Source of the DNA: Octopus sinensis | Taxonomy: Eukaryota | Direction: 5' to 3' | DNA: 64,000 nt | Assembly (NCBI RefSeq): GCF_006345805.1 | Contig: NC_043018.1 | Coordinates: 1,364,001 to 1,428,000 of the forward strand | Part shown: piece by piece, positions 40,767 through 54,372 of the stretch | Layout of the letters: every line of letters begins with the position of its first letter | Numbering within the stretch: the stretch's first letter is position 1 | The notes under the pieces: model-generated | Database searches by the model: none | Seen by the model: only the letters and a program-made list of their open reading frames with translations | Told to the model about the DNA's origin: nothing | Translations under genes and position numbers: made by a program

Positions 40767-41589
40767 CATATAAACCTGACGAGTTTGGTGTTTGATAGTT
40801 TTATTGTAAATAGAATTTAGATGGGAGATGTGTGCGTTCTGTGCAAAGGATAACAATTTTTTTTTTTGTGTGAAATAGGATATGACCAGAAAGTTATCTT
40901 TTAAACCTAGATTGACACTTTAGGATTTAAATGGAATAGTATTATATTAGACTTCCTAGGCCCCGGCTGAATTTGAGTTCAGAGCATAGAGAAGGATGAA
41001 ATGCCTCCTAGGATTTTTACAGGCGTGGTAACGATTTTGCCATCTAGTCGCCAGAGTTTTAAAAGAGTATTACTCATTATTTTTGTACTATTTTGTGGTA
41101 TACCAGGTTGCATTTCGTTTATGAGTTGAGTATTTTAATCCGTAGCGTTCCGTTTCTAGCCTCAATCTTTTGGCAGAAGATGGAGAAACTCAATATTAAT
41201 GATTTAGGGAACAACTACGAAACCACCCCGTATGACGTGTTAAATGGCGAAACTATATGGGCCTGTATAGTTATATATATATAGTTATATATTTAAGTAT
41301 TTATAATAAAGGCAGTATAGATGTTGTAGAATGTGTAACATACTTTCTATGGTATAGAATCGCCAACATCACTGGTAATAACCGTAATGAAGAGAAATTG
41401 TAAAGCTTATGTGTACTGTTGAAGCAGAGCCTGGAGTTAATAAGTTGAGGAAAATTATTTATCTAGTTAAAATTGCTTTGCTTCTCGTAGAAAACAGAAA
41501 TTAGCCGTTACACAACTCGTATTTATGTCCAGCGTTCTAATAACAATAAAGGAAAAGAAGAAGAAAAAATCCCCATAAAACACATTAAC

Positions 41590-41611
41590 AACAATAACAA
41601 TAGCAATACTG

Positions 41612-41656
<45 letters not shown>

Positions 41657-41711
41657 ATAATAATATATAATAATAATAATAATAATATAATAATAGATAA
41701 TAATAATAATA

Positions 41712-41742
<31 letters not shown>

Positions 41743-41765
41743 TAGTAATAATAATAATAATAATA

Positions 41766-41850
<85 letters not shown>

Positions 41851-42105
41851 TAATAATAACAGTGATAATAATCAGGTGGAGGAGGAGGATGGGAAAGAGA
41901 AGAGAAAGAACAAGTAGATGGAGAAGGAGAAGGAGAAGAAGAAGGAGAAGAAGGAGAAGAAGAAGAAAAGGAAACAACAACAACAACAAAAATAACAAAT
42001 AAATTGTCAATAGTACACAAGCAACATAGAAGATAACTTCATTCTAATTGCTTCTAGATGTGTTTTATTCTCATTTATCATCTCGTCGTCGTCGTCGTCG
42101 TCGTC

Positions 42106-42175
<70 letters not shown>

Positions 42176-42215
42176 CAGCAGCAGTAGTAGTAGTAGTAGT
42201 AGTAGTAGTTGTTAT
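41590..42215. repeat. Compound trinucleotide cluster (CTA)n (TAA)n (GAA/GGA)n (CGT)n (AGT)n
   Basis: Seen directly. Similar clusters at 47120-47590 and 51880-51990. Confidence 0.95.
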
Positions 42216-42961
42216 TTTGCATTGTCTTGACCTTTCCTTCATTTTGTTAATTCTGTTTTGGAAAGGCAAAAAAAAAAAAAAGAGTTCGTTGCAATTTGTG
42301 TGAAGGTATTTTCGCTATTGTTTTTAGCAAATATCGTCATTCTAACGTTATTGTTTCTTGTTGTTGTTGTTTATTTTTTGTTTTTGTTTTTGTTTTTTTT
42401 TTGTTGTAGTTGTCACGCTGATTATGGTGTCGGTGGTAGTAATGACACGATGTAAGGAAAAAGAAATCATGTGTAAACTTCATATGAATAGAATGTCTGA
42501 GAGTCTGTTTTGTCCAATGAAATATGGAGATTTCTTTATACCATGTGAAATATACGCTTCAGAACGTTCAGGAACTCTCTAGGTACGTACAGAATATATT
42601 AGACAGAGCAGAAGCAAGCACGAACCGGCATACGCTCACAAACATATGTGTGTATGTTTGTGTGTATGTATGTATATATGTATGTATAAAGGCGGCAAGC
42701 TGGCAGAACGCCGGGCGAAATGCTTAGCACGCCGGGCGAAATGCTTAGCAGTATTTCGTCTGCCGCTACGTTCTGAGTTCAAATTCCGCCGAGGTCGACT
42801 TTGCTTTTCATCCTTTTCGGGATCGATAAATAAAGTACCAGTTTCGCACTGGGGTCGATGTAATCGACTTAATCCCTTTGTCTGTCCTTGTTTGTCCCCT
42901 CTATGTTTAGCCCCTTGTGGGTAGTAAAGAAATATATATGTATGTATGTATATATAACATT

Positions 42962-43262
42962 TTTTTTTCATTTTCATTTTCATCTAGTTTCAGCTCACGA
43001 GCTGTGGCCATGCTGGGGCACCGTCATTCGGGGTTGCTACATGATTTTACTTCACGAATGCATTTTAGCAATTGACATTTCGTGCATGACAGAGTTTGAT
43101 GCAGCTGTCCTCATCTGCACCTCCTGCCGTGAAGTTGGTTCATCTGGGACACCTGACAGGAAGAGGTCCAGCTTTATTTTAAAGACATCCGCATCCACCC
43201 CATGCAACTCTCTCAGGTTCTTCGGGAGGATATTGAAGAGTTGTGGACCTCTGAAGCCCAGG
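42962..43262 (-). pseudogene. CR1/L2-like LINE 3' end (ORF2 C-terminus plus tail)
   Basis: LGFRGPQLFNILPKNLRELHGVDADVFKIKLDLFLSGVPDEPT...HS*, then tail ggtgccccagcatggccacagctcgtgagctgaaactag and (GAAAAT)n. Confidence 0.8.
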
Positions 43263-43289
43263 CTATATATATATATATATATATATATA

Positions 43290-43750
43290 TAGATATATAA
43301 GAACGTGGTTTCAGTTCTTAGACCATGTGGTGTGGTGTGTTCTTGATCAAAAGTGACGTTACACTACGATCACTTCTACACCTGACGTGTCTTACCCCGT
43401 GCACTGGCCCATAGGCAACTTCGATTTCATAGAGGACGCGGGCTAACATCCTGCTAATATATATTTGCCCAGTATAAAGAAACCATTTGTGTCGGTCGTT
43501 CGGCAAAACGAAAAACGAGCACTCATACGTGGTGACCACATGTGAATCGTTGGCGATTGCTCTCCTCCGTCTAAATTTCCACACGGACTTTCCTCTGTCT
43601 CCTGTTTCTGACGAAGAGCATTGCTCAAAACGTAAAGCCACCTTTCTCTCCCTCCCTTAGCGTCTGCAAATACTTTGCATGTACCACGTCCTCACGTTGT
43701 TGTTTTTGTTCTTGTCTTTGTTCTTCGTTTTGGGTGATTTACTATTTATC
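43290..43750 (+). mobile_element. PLE-like fragment with a hammerhead motif at 43604-43638
   Basis: gttt-CTGACGA-a-GAGC(att)GCTC-AAAAC-GTA-aagc; G12 reads A, consistent with CpG decay. Lies between (TA)n tracts. Confidence 0.65.
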
Positions 43751-43751
43751 T

Positions 43752-43821
<70 letters not shown>

Positions 43822-43822
<1 letters not shown>

Positions 43823-44251
43823 TATAATCAACTAATAAGGGTGAGAAAATTGGATACTAATTTAATAGTACATCCATTTAACACCAAGTGGGTTAGTGCA
43901 TAAGAACCAGGAATACAATAAATTTTATACATAAATATAAGAAGGTAACCACTATGTGGTCGACTCTAGCACTGAAAATAGATCCGCTAGGTTTCAGCCA
44001 CAAAGAATTGTTTCCTATGAAAGTTATCGGCTGAAGAGCTACAGATATGTTATGTGAGTAAAATGACATAATTTATTAATAGCGAAACAATTGTCCTGGA
44101 CTAATCTGCATTTTTGTTATTTTTATTTGCCCTGTTCGTTTGCGGTAGTGGTCGTGCTACCGTTCATCGGAAACAATTCTTTGTGGCTGAAATCTAGCGG
44201 ATCTATTTTTAGTGCTAGAGTCGACCACATAGTGGTTACTCTCTTATATTT
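43822..44251 (+). mobile_element. (TA)n-associated element with ~89-bp internal inverted arms
   Basis: 43933-44021 versus 44163-44251, about 5 mismatches; same family as 8375-8785. Confidence 0.8.
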
Positions 44252-44301
44252 ATATATATATATATTATATATATATATATTATATATATATATATATATA
44301 T

Positions 44302-44378
<77 letters not shown>

Positions 44379-44632
44379 CGTATCTGTATTTGGTTTGCAA
44401 GTTTCGTGATGTGAATTCGTGGAAGAAACACTGTTGAACATTAGGAGGGGCATTATGCCAGTAATAATAAACACACACACTGGTTCGGCCCCGTATTGTT
44501 ATTGTTCAGTATTGTTCCTATTCTTATCTCTCTTTTCTTACTTTTATCAAATAATTATCGCATCGCATTGTTGCAGCCTCTTTAGTTGCACGTCCGTCTA
44601 CTTCCATTTATTCTGAACGTATGTTCCAATGT

Positions 44633-45022
44633 GTGGAGGCGCAATGGCCCAGTGGGTAGGGCAGTGGACTCGCGGTTATAGGATCGCGGTTTCGATTCCC
44701 AGACCGGGCGTTGTGAGTGTTTATTGAGCGAAAACACCTAAAAACTCCACGAGGATCCGGCAAGGGGTGGTGGTGTTCCCTGCTCTACTCTTTCACCACA
44801 ACTTTCTCTCACTCTTACTTCCTGTTTCTGTTGTACCTGTATTTCAAAGGGCCGGCCTTGTCACTCTCTGTGTCACGCTGAATATCCCCGAGAACTACGT
44901 TAAGGGTATACGTGTCTGTGTTGGAGTGCTCAGCCACTTACACGTTAATTTCACGAGCAGGCTGTTCCGTTGATTCGGATCAACCGGAACCCTCGTCGTC
45001 GTAAGCGACGGAGTGCTTCGAC
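44633..45022 (+). mobile_element. SINE C, full length, 12-bp TSD
   Basis: TSD atgttccaatgt at 44621-44632 and 45023-45034. Confidence 0.92.
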
Positions 45023-45719
45023 ATGTTCCAATGTTGGGCTTTGTCTGAGATCTCTCCGAGATGAGTTCATCAGTGTGTATGTATTTGTGCGTGTGATTGT
45101 GCCTGCGTGTATCTGTATGTGAGCATGTTTGTTTAATACTGACTAGTGTCATTTTTCATATACATAAGGAAACGGTTTTGATTTACTCTTTGTTTCCTTC
45201 GCAAACGCATACGTTCACCCATATGACGCTTCTCTCTAAGACAGTTAAACCGTCTCCTTTACTCTTTACTCTTTTTTTTTACTCTTTTACTTGTTTCAGT
45301 CATTTGACTGCGGCCATGCTGGAGCACCGCCTTTAGTCGAGCAAATCGACCCCGGGACTTATTCTTTTGTAAGCCCAGTACTTATTCTATCGGTCACTTT
45401 TGCCGAACCGCTAGGTGACGGGGACGGAGACACACCAGCATCGGTTGTCCAGCAATGCTAGGGGGACAAACACAGACACACAAACACACACACACATACA
45501 TACATATATACATATATACATATATACGACAGGCTTCTTTCAGTTTCCGACTACTAAATCCACTCACAAGGCATTCGTCGGCCCGGGGCTATAGCAGAAG
45601 ACACTTGCCCAAGATGCCACGCAGTGGGACTGAACCCGGAACCATGTGGTTGGTTAGCAAGCTACTTACCACACAGCCACTCCTGCGCCTCTGTTTGATA
45701 AATTTTGAATATATTGCTA

Positions 45720-46446
45720 TATGTCTGTGCCTGTGCATGAGCATGTGCATGCGTGTGTCCGTGTGTCCGTGTGTCCGTGTGTCCGTGTGTCCGTGTGTCC
45801 GTGTGTATATGGGTGGGCATGTGTTTACCAGCGTGTTTCTGTGTTTGGGTGTTCGTGTGTTTGAGCATGTGTCTGTGTCTCAGTGTCTCTTTATGTGTGT
45901 TTCTCACTGTATGTGTGTGTGTTTGTGTGTATGTATGCACCTTCGTATGTGTTTGGCTGCCTGTGTGTTTGTGTGTACGTGTGTACTTCTGTATGCATGT
46001 TTCCGTATGTGCGCGTATGCGTATGTGTGTGCATCTGTGTGGGCGTGAGCGTATGTCTGTGTCCTTTTTTGTCTTTGCATGTGTGTGTGTGTATCCGTGT
46101 ATGTGTGTCTGTGTGTGAGTGTGTGAGGAGAAGAATACAGACGTTGCAACAACGCATGTCTGTGTCCTTTTTTGTCTTTGCATGTGTGTGTGTGTGTGTC
46201 CATTTATGTGTGTGTGTGTGTGTCCTCGTGTGTGTGTGTTTGTGTGTGTGTGTCTGTGTGTGTGTGTCTGTGTGTGTGTGTGAGGAGAAGAATACAGACG
46301 TTGCAACAGCGCATGTCTGTGTCCTTTTTTTATCTTTGCATGTGTGTGTGTATGTCCATTAATGTGTCCTCGTGTGTGTGTCCGTGTCTGTGTGTGTGTC
46401 CGTGTGTGTGTGTGTGAGAGGAGAAGAATACAGACGTTGCAACAAT
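45720..46446. repeat. TG-rich compound minisatellite
   Basis: (CCGTGTGT)n near 45760-45805; gaggagaagaatacagacgttgcaaca at 46125, 46282 and 46418. Confidence 0.9.
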
Positions 46447-47165
46447 TTGCAAAAGCAGTCCGCCCTTCACTCCAAGGAAGCGCGTATATTAAGCCTGGTA
46501 ACCGAACCAGTTTAGTAAAGATCTAATGCATTTTCGCAACGTGACCCATAAACTAGTATACTAATGTACGTATGGACATAAACGCACCATGCTAATGCTT
46601 TGAGAGGAAGCGAAATAAATCACCCATAAATACCATGACATAACAGGCTTCATTATTCAAGGGTCCGACGAATGTTGAGCGATGCGAACATGAAACCCGG
46701 CGGAACAGATTCATTAAACCTAAGACTACCACGATGTATAATAAATATTTACTAAACCAATGTATTGATTTCTTTTCTTTTCACTCTTTTCAAATCATTC
46801 CCCTGTACGTAGTTACACATAACAAAAATACAAAACTACACAAACACACGTACTTACTCATACATACGCACACAAAAACATATACACATAAGTAGAGATA
46901 CAGTATGTGTGCGTGTATTTTTGTGTGTGCTTATATGCATATACACATATGTTTAAATGTACATATATATTTATATATATGTGTGTATGTGTGTGTCTGT
47001 GTGTATATATGTGTATATACGTATCTATCAATCAATCTATACATACATTCAAACATACATACATTAATGTAGTAATCATCAAGAGTCGAGAAGTTATTTT
47101 CGAAACATTTCGTATATATTTGTTTATTCATTATTATTGTTGTTGTAATTGTTTATTATTATTAC

Positions 47166-47204
<39 letters not shown>

Positions 47205-47245
47205 TATTACTATTATTACTATTGTTATTATTATTATTATTATCA

Positions 47246-47287
<42 letters not shown>

Positions 47288-48339
47288 TATTATATTATTA
47301 TTATTATTGTTATTATTATTATTATTATCATTATTATTATCATCCTGTTTAGGTTTTTTTTTTCCCTTTAACTTGTCAATATGAGGAATTGTTTTATTTT
47401 AATTTCCCTTGTGAATATTCTTGTGTCAGCTATTTTCATTTCGTTTATTTTTGGTCGATGCCGATGATGCCGAAACTGTAATTATTATTATTATTATTAT
47501 TATTAATATTATTATTATTATTATTACTATTATTATTATCTTTATTGCTGTTGTTGTTGTTGTTGTTGTTGTTACTATTACTATTATAAACATTATATTC
47601 ATACAGGAGAAAAGAAAAGTGTATTTAATAGATGAATAATTTTCAATAGTCCCCTTTGTAAAAAATAAAAAAACACAAGCTGAATTATACAAAAAAAATG
47701 AGTTTCTCAGGAAATCTTCTCCCTTTGTTTGTAGAAAAAATTGTTTTGTTTTTTTTTCGAGAATACTTGTTTGTATTTATTTTATTTTCTTATATATAGT
47801 TAAATAAAACGTAAAATATATACTATGTTTATTGAATGTTAAATAACGTTTTCAAAATGTTATCTGCATTTTCGTAATTTTCAATTACGTTCCTTAGGCA
47901 TTCTATTTCAAGGTATCTACCGATAAAACTTGGTAACTATATTAAACATACTAAGTGTTGAGGTTTGGGAATGTCAGTAGTTATTGGGATAAAATACGAC
48001 TGTGTTTCGTTCCATTAATTTTAAGAGCTGGGATCCAATCACACTCTCTCTCTCTCTCTCGGCGTTTATCTATCTTTCATTTGAGATCGAATAAATTACT
48101 GTAGCCACATTGTAAGAAGCTGTGCATAACTAGAAGTCTCCATTTTAACAAATTAAGTATGAATACATGATGAATTCGTGGGTGTGACGTATTGGTTACT
48201 TTCCAACCGCATTATTCTCGGGTAAGTGTCTTCTTCTATAGCCCCAGTCCAACAAAGGCCTTGTAAGTGGATTTATAAGCCTTGTAAGAAGAAAATTGAC
48301 ACACACCCGTCGTATATATATATATATAATATATATATA

Positions 48340-48385
<46 letters not shown>

Positions 48386-50937
48386 TACAAAATGGGACAA
48401 GAAAGAAAAACATCCGGACAACTAGGTGATACAAATAGGGACAACAAAACATTCAGATAGACGATACAAAAAAAAACAAGGATTGGTCATTCGAAGCTTT
48501 CTATCCTCAGTGAAGAACCAGATCATCCTCGCAATTTCGGCTGGTGTGTGTGTATATATGAACGATGTGTAACTTTAGATATGCCTGTGTGCGCAGGCGT
48601 GTCATCCAGTAACGTTTTGACAACTGGGGTTGGTATATTTACGTCCCAGTAACTTAGCGGTTCGGCAACGGGGTTTAATAGAATAAGCATTTAACTTCGG
48701 GAAACAAAAAAGAAAAAAAAATCCTGATGTCGATTTATTTGACTAAAAAACCCTTCAAGATGGTGCCCCAGCATGGCCATAATCTAATAACTGAAACACA
48801 TGGAAGACAAAAAATATTAGATGTAATAAAGTTTCGTATCTAATATTGGGATAGGAATTTCAGTTGAATACGAAATTTGTATCTGCTTCTTGAACCCTAA
48901 TACTCAATAATTGTCTTTATATACCTGGTGTCCATGAAGTGAAAGTACACAATACCACAGCTCTTCCCTTTGATGGACGACGCTTCATTGCGGAGATCAA
49001 AGCCGGCAATTTTGCGGAGCTGAAGCTGGAGCTGGTCGAGTATATCGACCCCAGTTTTTAAATAGAACTTAATATCATCGACCCAGAAGGGATTGGACAC
49101 ACACCTGACCTGGTTCCCCTGGTGTATAAGCGTACAGTTTAATCCCATAAAAGAGATTCCGTCTATTACAGGGATCCAAGTCTGCAATTATGTGACGCAG
49201 AAAAAATTCGAGTGTATCGACCCCAATATTGAAATGGCACTTTATATTACCGACCTAGAAGGGATGATATATGAAGATGACCACGACAATATTTGAAATC
49301 ATACCGTTAAGAGCCGGAAAACGCAGCTAAGCGTTTTATCCGACGTGCCACCACACCACCTCAATACTAGTGTAGATTTATCAAGAAAGGTAGATCACTA
49401 ACCCAGTCGATGCCGCACGAGATTTGAAATTACAACGAGAAGGAGTCACTAATTATCACAGTGTCTTTTAATATGTCAATATCTTCCGTAATCCGAAGAA
49501 TCCACAGACTTCAGTATAATTGAATGGCTTCTGGCAGTTTGACACAAGTTTGGCACGTTAGGAAATAATAATGATTTATGATGTTGACTACAAAATTCTC
49601 AGTGAATCTCATATTAGCAATTAATTCCTGGTAGGAAAAGAAACAATCGATTTTTATCTAGCACATTCATTGAATAGTACTTTAATCATCGACCACGGAA
49701 TTATAAAGAGGAAAAGCCGACCTCGTGTGGGGGTCAAATTTGTCGAGGCGTTGAAACTCAGAGCGTCAAGGGACTTGACTGGTGATGATAAAACACTAAC
49801 TATTTTGTCAATCCACCTCGTTCGTAATAGTTTTAATCGTAGTCTCTAAGCCATACGATTTTTTTAAGGAAGATCAGTTAGTTATAATAACTATCAAATG
49901 TAAATACATTTCCATATAGCTTCTATAGGAATGAATATTAATATAAGGTCTCGTTTGATTTTGAACCTTAAATTTACTCTCACACAATCATCAGCAGCGT
50001 ATGTTAAAACTTCAACAGTTTCAGTACATGGATAGATGTATTAATCTCATATCTCATATGCTTACAGCATAATTTAGAGCTTAATTATATTAGCCAGCAG
50101 CAAAAGTTATAATATTATGCAAATTGGAATTGCTACTTCGCTAATACTACTAAATTGGATGGGTTTATAAAGACATTAGTAGCTATTCCTCCTTGGCCAG
50201 AACAAGATGAACATGGTCTTTGAGGAGGAATTCTCAATAAAGGAGACCCTCAAATCAGATCGCTCAATATGCTTCTGACCATAGAGAAATACACTAATAA
50301 CGTACATGGCAACTATTGTCTGTTTGTTCCTTTACACATTAACACAGCTTCAGTTAAATATCATAAAGTTTGTTAACCTCTAGAGGTTTGCGTGACATCT
50401 CAGATTCGATTAGATTAACTTGCCTGCTAAATCACCAACAAAACTCGAATTGATACTGCCAATTTGCTCATATTATCTACCATATTGACTGGGATAAGAA
50501 ATCAACTAGTTTTGTATTTCTTTGTGGTGCGGTAATGCACTGGAAAACGCACCTGAGAATTCTCAGTAAGTGTTCAAATGTGATTCTGATCACTGGCCCG
50601 TTTATATACACCAACGGTCACACAAAAATATGCCTATCGAAATTTCTCGTTGTTTGTCCATTGACATACAAGGCACCTTCGTTTAAACCTTGTACTGTTT
50701 TCTGAACATCTATGTTTCTATACAATGTGTTACATGTCTCGTAAATACGTTAATATGAGCTGAATATGAAGAATATTTTTATCAGTGTTGAGCTCAAAAA
50801 AGAAAGTAGACCACAGTATACTATTTATCAATTTTAAGTCATATATCTACTAACTCACAACGCCCGGACTGGGAATCGAAACCGTGAGTTCCCTGCCCTA
50901 ACCACTTGGCCATGTGCCTCAACACACACACACACAC

Positions 50938-51033
<96 letters not shown>

Positions 51034-51939
51034 CATAGTGATAGTGGTGCCCTGTGTTAGAATTTAATAAAGAGTTAAATAATTGGTTAGGAAACTAGAA
51101 ATTACGTATTAAACGTCGTTAACTTAGAGCTGTTTCTGCTAGCAGATGCAATGCGGTCATGGTGAGGTGCCTCTGTAAGGTTCTACAGCTTCATCGGACC
51201 TTCAAAAACGAAGCTCATTTTTGAAGATCGACGAAGCTACAGGGGTTCATATTTGAGGTTTAAATATGAACGCATTGCATCTTATAAAAGAGACAGCCAA
51301 AAGCTACTGATGTCCCTTCTATAGTTACTTCTTTTCTTGCCATTTCTCTAATCTTCTGTGTGTGTGTGTGTGTGTGTGTGTGTTCGTGATATTGATAATG
51401 ATGATGATGAAGATGATGATGATGATGATGATGGTGATGATGTATTTTTTCTAAAGATTTTAGTGTTAATAGTTGTTCCAATGAAAACACATTAAAAGCA
51501 ATGAGCAAATTGTACTAATACAGCTTGCTATAAAATCTCGAAGGTTAAATGACTCGGCAATAAATGTGAATGTAACAGTATATGTCTATATGGGTGTGTG
51601 TGCGTGCATATATATCTGTATAAATTTGTGTGTGTGTGTGTATCTATGTGCGCGTGTGTGTATATGTATGTACGTGTGTGTGTGTGTATGTATGACGAGG
51701 TAAGAACTACATCAATCGATATTTGAGTTAAACATATTAAACTTGCATAGGAAATGATGTTACAGCGAAAATATGATAAAATGAGTTGGTAAATGGTATT
51801 TCAGCAAAACCAGTGAATTATATTGATAAATATATACGAAAAAAGCAAGAAAAACAATACACTAATGCCGAATATAATGGTGATGACGACGAGGGTGATC
51901 ATGACGGTGATGATAATAATAATAATAATAATAATAATA

Positions 51940-51975
<36 letters not shown>

Positions 51976-54372
51976 TAAGAATAATAATGGTAATAAAATT
52001 CCAATACTCTGTTGTTTTTTCTTTTGTCTTCCCTCCTTTATTTCTCTCATGAAAATACATTTTGTTTCATGATTGTTGGCGATTTTGCTAAATTTGTCTT
52101 ATTTTTGTGGTGCCTGCTTGGAAACACACATACACAGTTATGTATATACGTCCACGCATGTATATACAGGTATATATATACACACACATGCACAAACTTT
52201 AATTTATTTTGTGCGTCATATTAATGGTAATGTTAAATTTCTTTTATTCTCTACTATTAAATTGTACGTAAATCGTCTTTACCGATGTTTGTCTGCCTTT
52301 AAGTCAACCTCTTTAGATTAGAAGTTAAAAATATATATTTAATGATTGTATCGTCTTTTTATAAAAAAAAATTAAGCGTAACTCTAAAGTATTATTAACA
52401 GTGTTTACATTCATTATTTGGTTGTTTCTTTCTTATATGCTTTTTAGAGAAGAAAAATTATCATAGCATAAGCAGTTTACCTCTCTGTATCAGCAACTTC
52501 GAAGAGAGCAATGCATCTCCATTTAGTAGTAGTTCTTTAGCAGAAAGGCAGAGTTCATACTTAACAGTATAAATGCGGCGAGCTGGCAGAAACGTTAGCA
52601 CGCCGGGCGAAATGCTCAGCAGTATTTCGTCTGTCGCTACGTTCTGAGTTCAAATTCCGCCGAGGTCGACTTTGCCTTTCATCCTTTCGGGGTCGATAAA
52701 TTAAGTACCAGTTACGCACTGGTGTCGATATAATCGACTTAATCCGTTTATCTCTCCTTGTTTGTCCTCTCTGTGTTTAGCCCCTTAAGGGTAATAAAGA
52801 AATAAGTATATATGTAAAATTTACAACCTACAATAGCTATTAGATATTCTAGCACAGACGGAAGCTGTTAAATTTATTTAACAATTTAGTATTTGTGGTC
52901 AACACTTTCGTCAAACAATCCACTGTTTGATTAGCAACACCTTCTCTGTGCAGTGATTGAAACACAATTGATACCAAATATCAACCTTTGTAGTGAACGT
53001 AAAGCGGGTTCCTTGATAGAACACTGCATCCTGCGTTATTAGCGAAAACCCGCGCTGAGGCAGGATGATCATATAGCTTCAGCATTGAGTAAACAGTGAA
53101 TGGTCGATTCTGCACAGAAATCGTGTTATAAGAAGCAGAGGTGGCATACAGCAGCAACTAAATGATACACACACACGGAAATACGTTGCAGTAAAGGAGG
53201 TTCTATTTAAAGTCAGGTTAAATATCCGCAGATCCTCTTTTCTAATCCCAGAAAAAGCGCAACTTTACAACATTCGTTAGTTATATGTGGATTTTAAAAA
53301 GAAGAAATGCCATAAAAACCTTATTGGAAGATCCTGGAAAATCATGGGAAATACCTCAAATGAAGCAGACGGTAAAATCTCTGCTGAGCCGAGAGGATAA
53401 TTGTCCCAAAACTTTCGCAAGATTTAGGTGCCTTATGAAAATCAGAATGAACTTTTGTAGATGCAGTCCGTATGACAGAAAAGTCATTTTGGAAACGTTC
53501 AGAACAAGAGAACGCGAAAACGTACGCATGCAGAGTTGGCTCACTTCGGCTGAGGCTGAAATCGAGTGCAGGGGGACAACTCTTCTTTCCATTGCAGAAT
53601 GATTTTGTTACGTTTTTTCACCACCAAAATGACCAGGACATTGTATTTATCTCCACCAGAAAATAGGCTTTGTACTTTTGACCAACATCTTTCATGACTT
53701 ATCTATATTGCCAAGAGCAATAGTTGACAGGAAATCAATGGGAACTCTCTGGGCGTTAATATGCCATTGCCAATAATATACTAACGATTTTCAAAAAGAG
53801 TGACTGCTCATAATGTTTTAGTGTGGGATTTTTCTGGTTTATAGAAAACTGTCGATAATATGTATATTGTGTGTGAGTGAGTATGCATGTATTTATGTGT
53901 TTGTGTGTTTGTGTGTGTATACATGCGTGTATTTGTGACAACGCGTTGTTAGAACTCCTTTCATGTAGGCGTTTGGGACATAAAAGAACACGCATAGGTC
54001 GTCACAAAGGAGGATTGTCTGTCATGGGAAGCATCTGCTCACTAATATCTCCTTTACACTTGGCGCCCAGCTGAACGAGATTCCTAAGTTATGTCAATGC
54101 AATAATCTCCTATATCTATGGGACAGTGGGAAATGCTTATCTTTTCATCAAACGATGACACTTTCCCTGCATTATTGGATTTGTGGGGAAGGTTGAGACA
54201 AAACACTGTACATCATGGCGTAGCTTTCTTTTGTAGGTGTTACGTTCCGGCGGTAGGTGACGCGTTGCTTGAAACTGCTGGCTGTCAGAAATCCCTGACT
54301 TATACTTGACCCAACATTGAAGTTGTACTTATTCGAAGTCGGGTTCGGAAAGAAATTTATGGCACCATTCAC

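Noticed and set aside
41523-42303. Poly-Tyr/Ile/Ser/Val/Thr ORFs
   Set aside because: Trinucleotide microsatellites, open in several frames on both strands.
46125-46446. CRISPR-like repeat-spacer pattern
   Set aside because: Eukaryotic context, the spacers are TG microsatellite, and there are no cas genes.
46664-46705. Hammerhead-like CCGACGA-ATGTT...AACAT-GAAAC
   Set aside because: Core U4 is altered, there is no NUH site and no stem I; may be chance or too decayed to call.
48897-49187. 96-aa ORF (...DDIKFYLKTGVDILDQLQ...) that looks protein-like
   Set aside because: Its core is a degenerate SINE B-type sequence (cttctgggtcgat...ctggggtcgatatactcgac) read on the minus strand.
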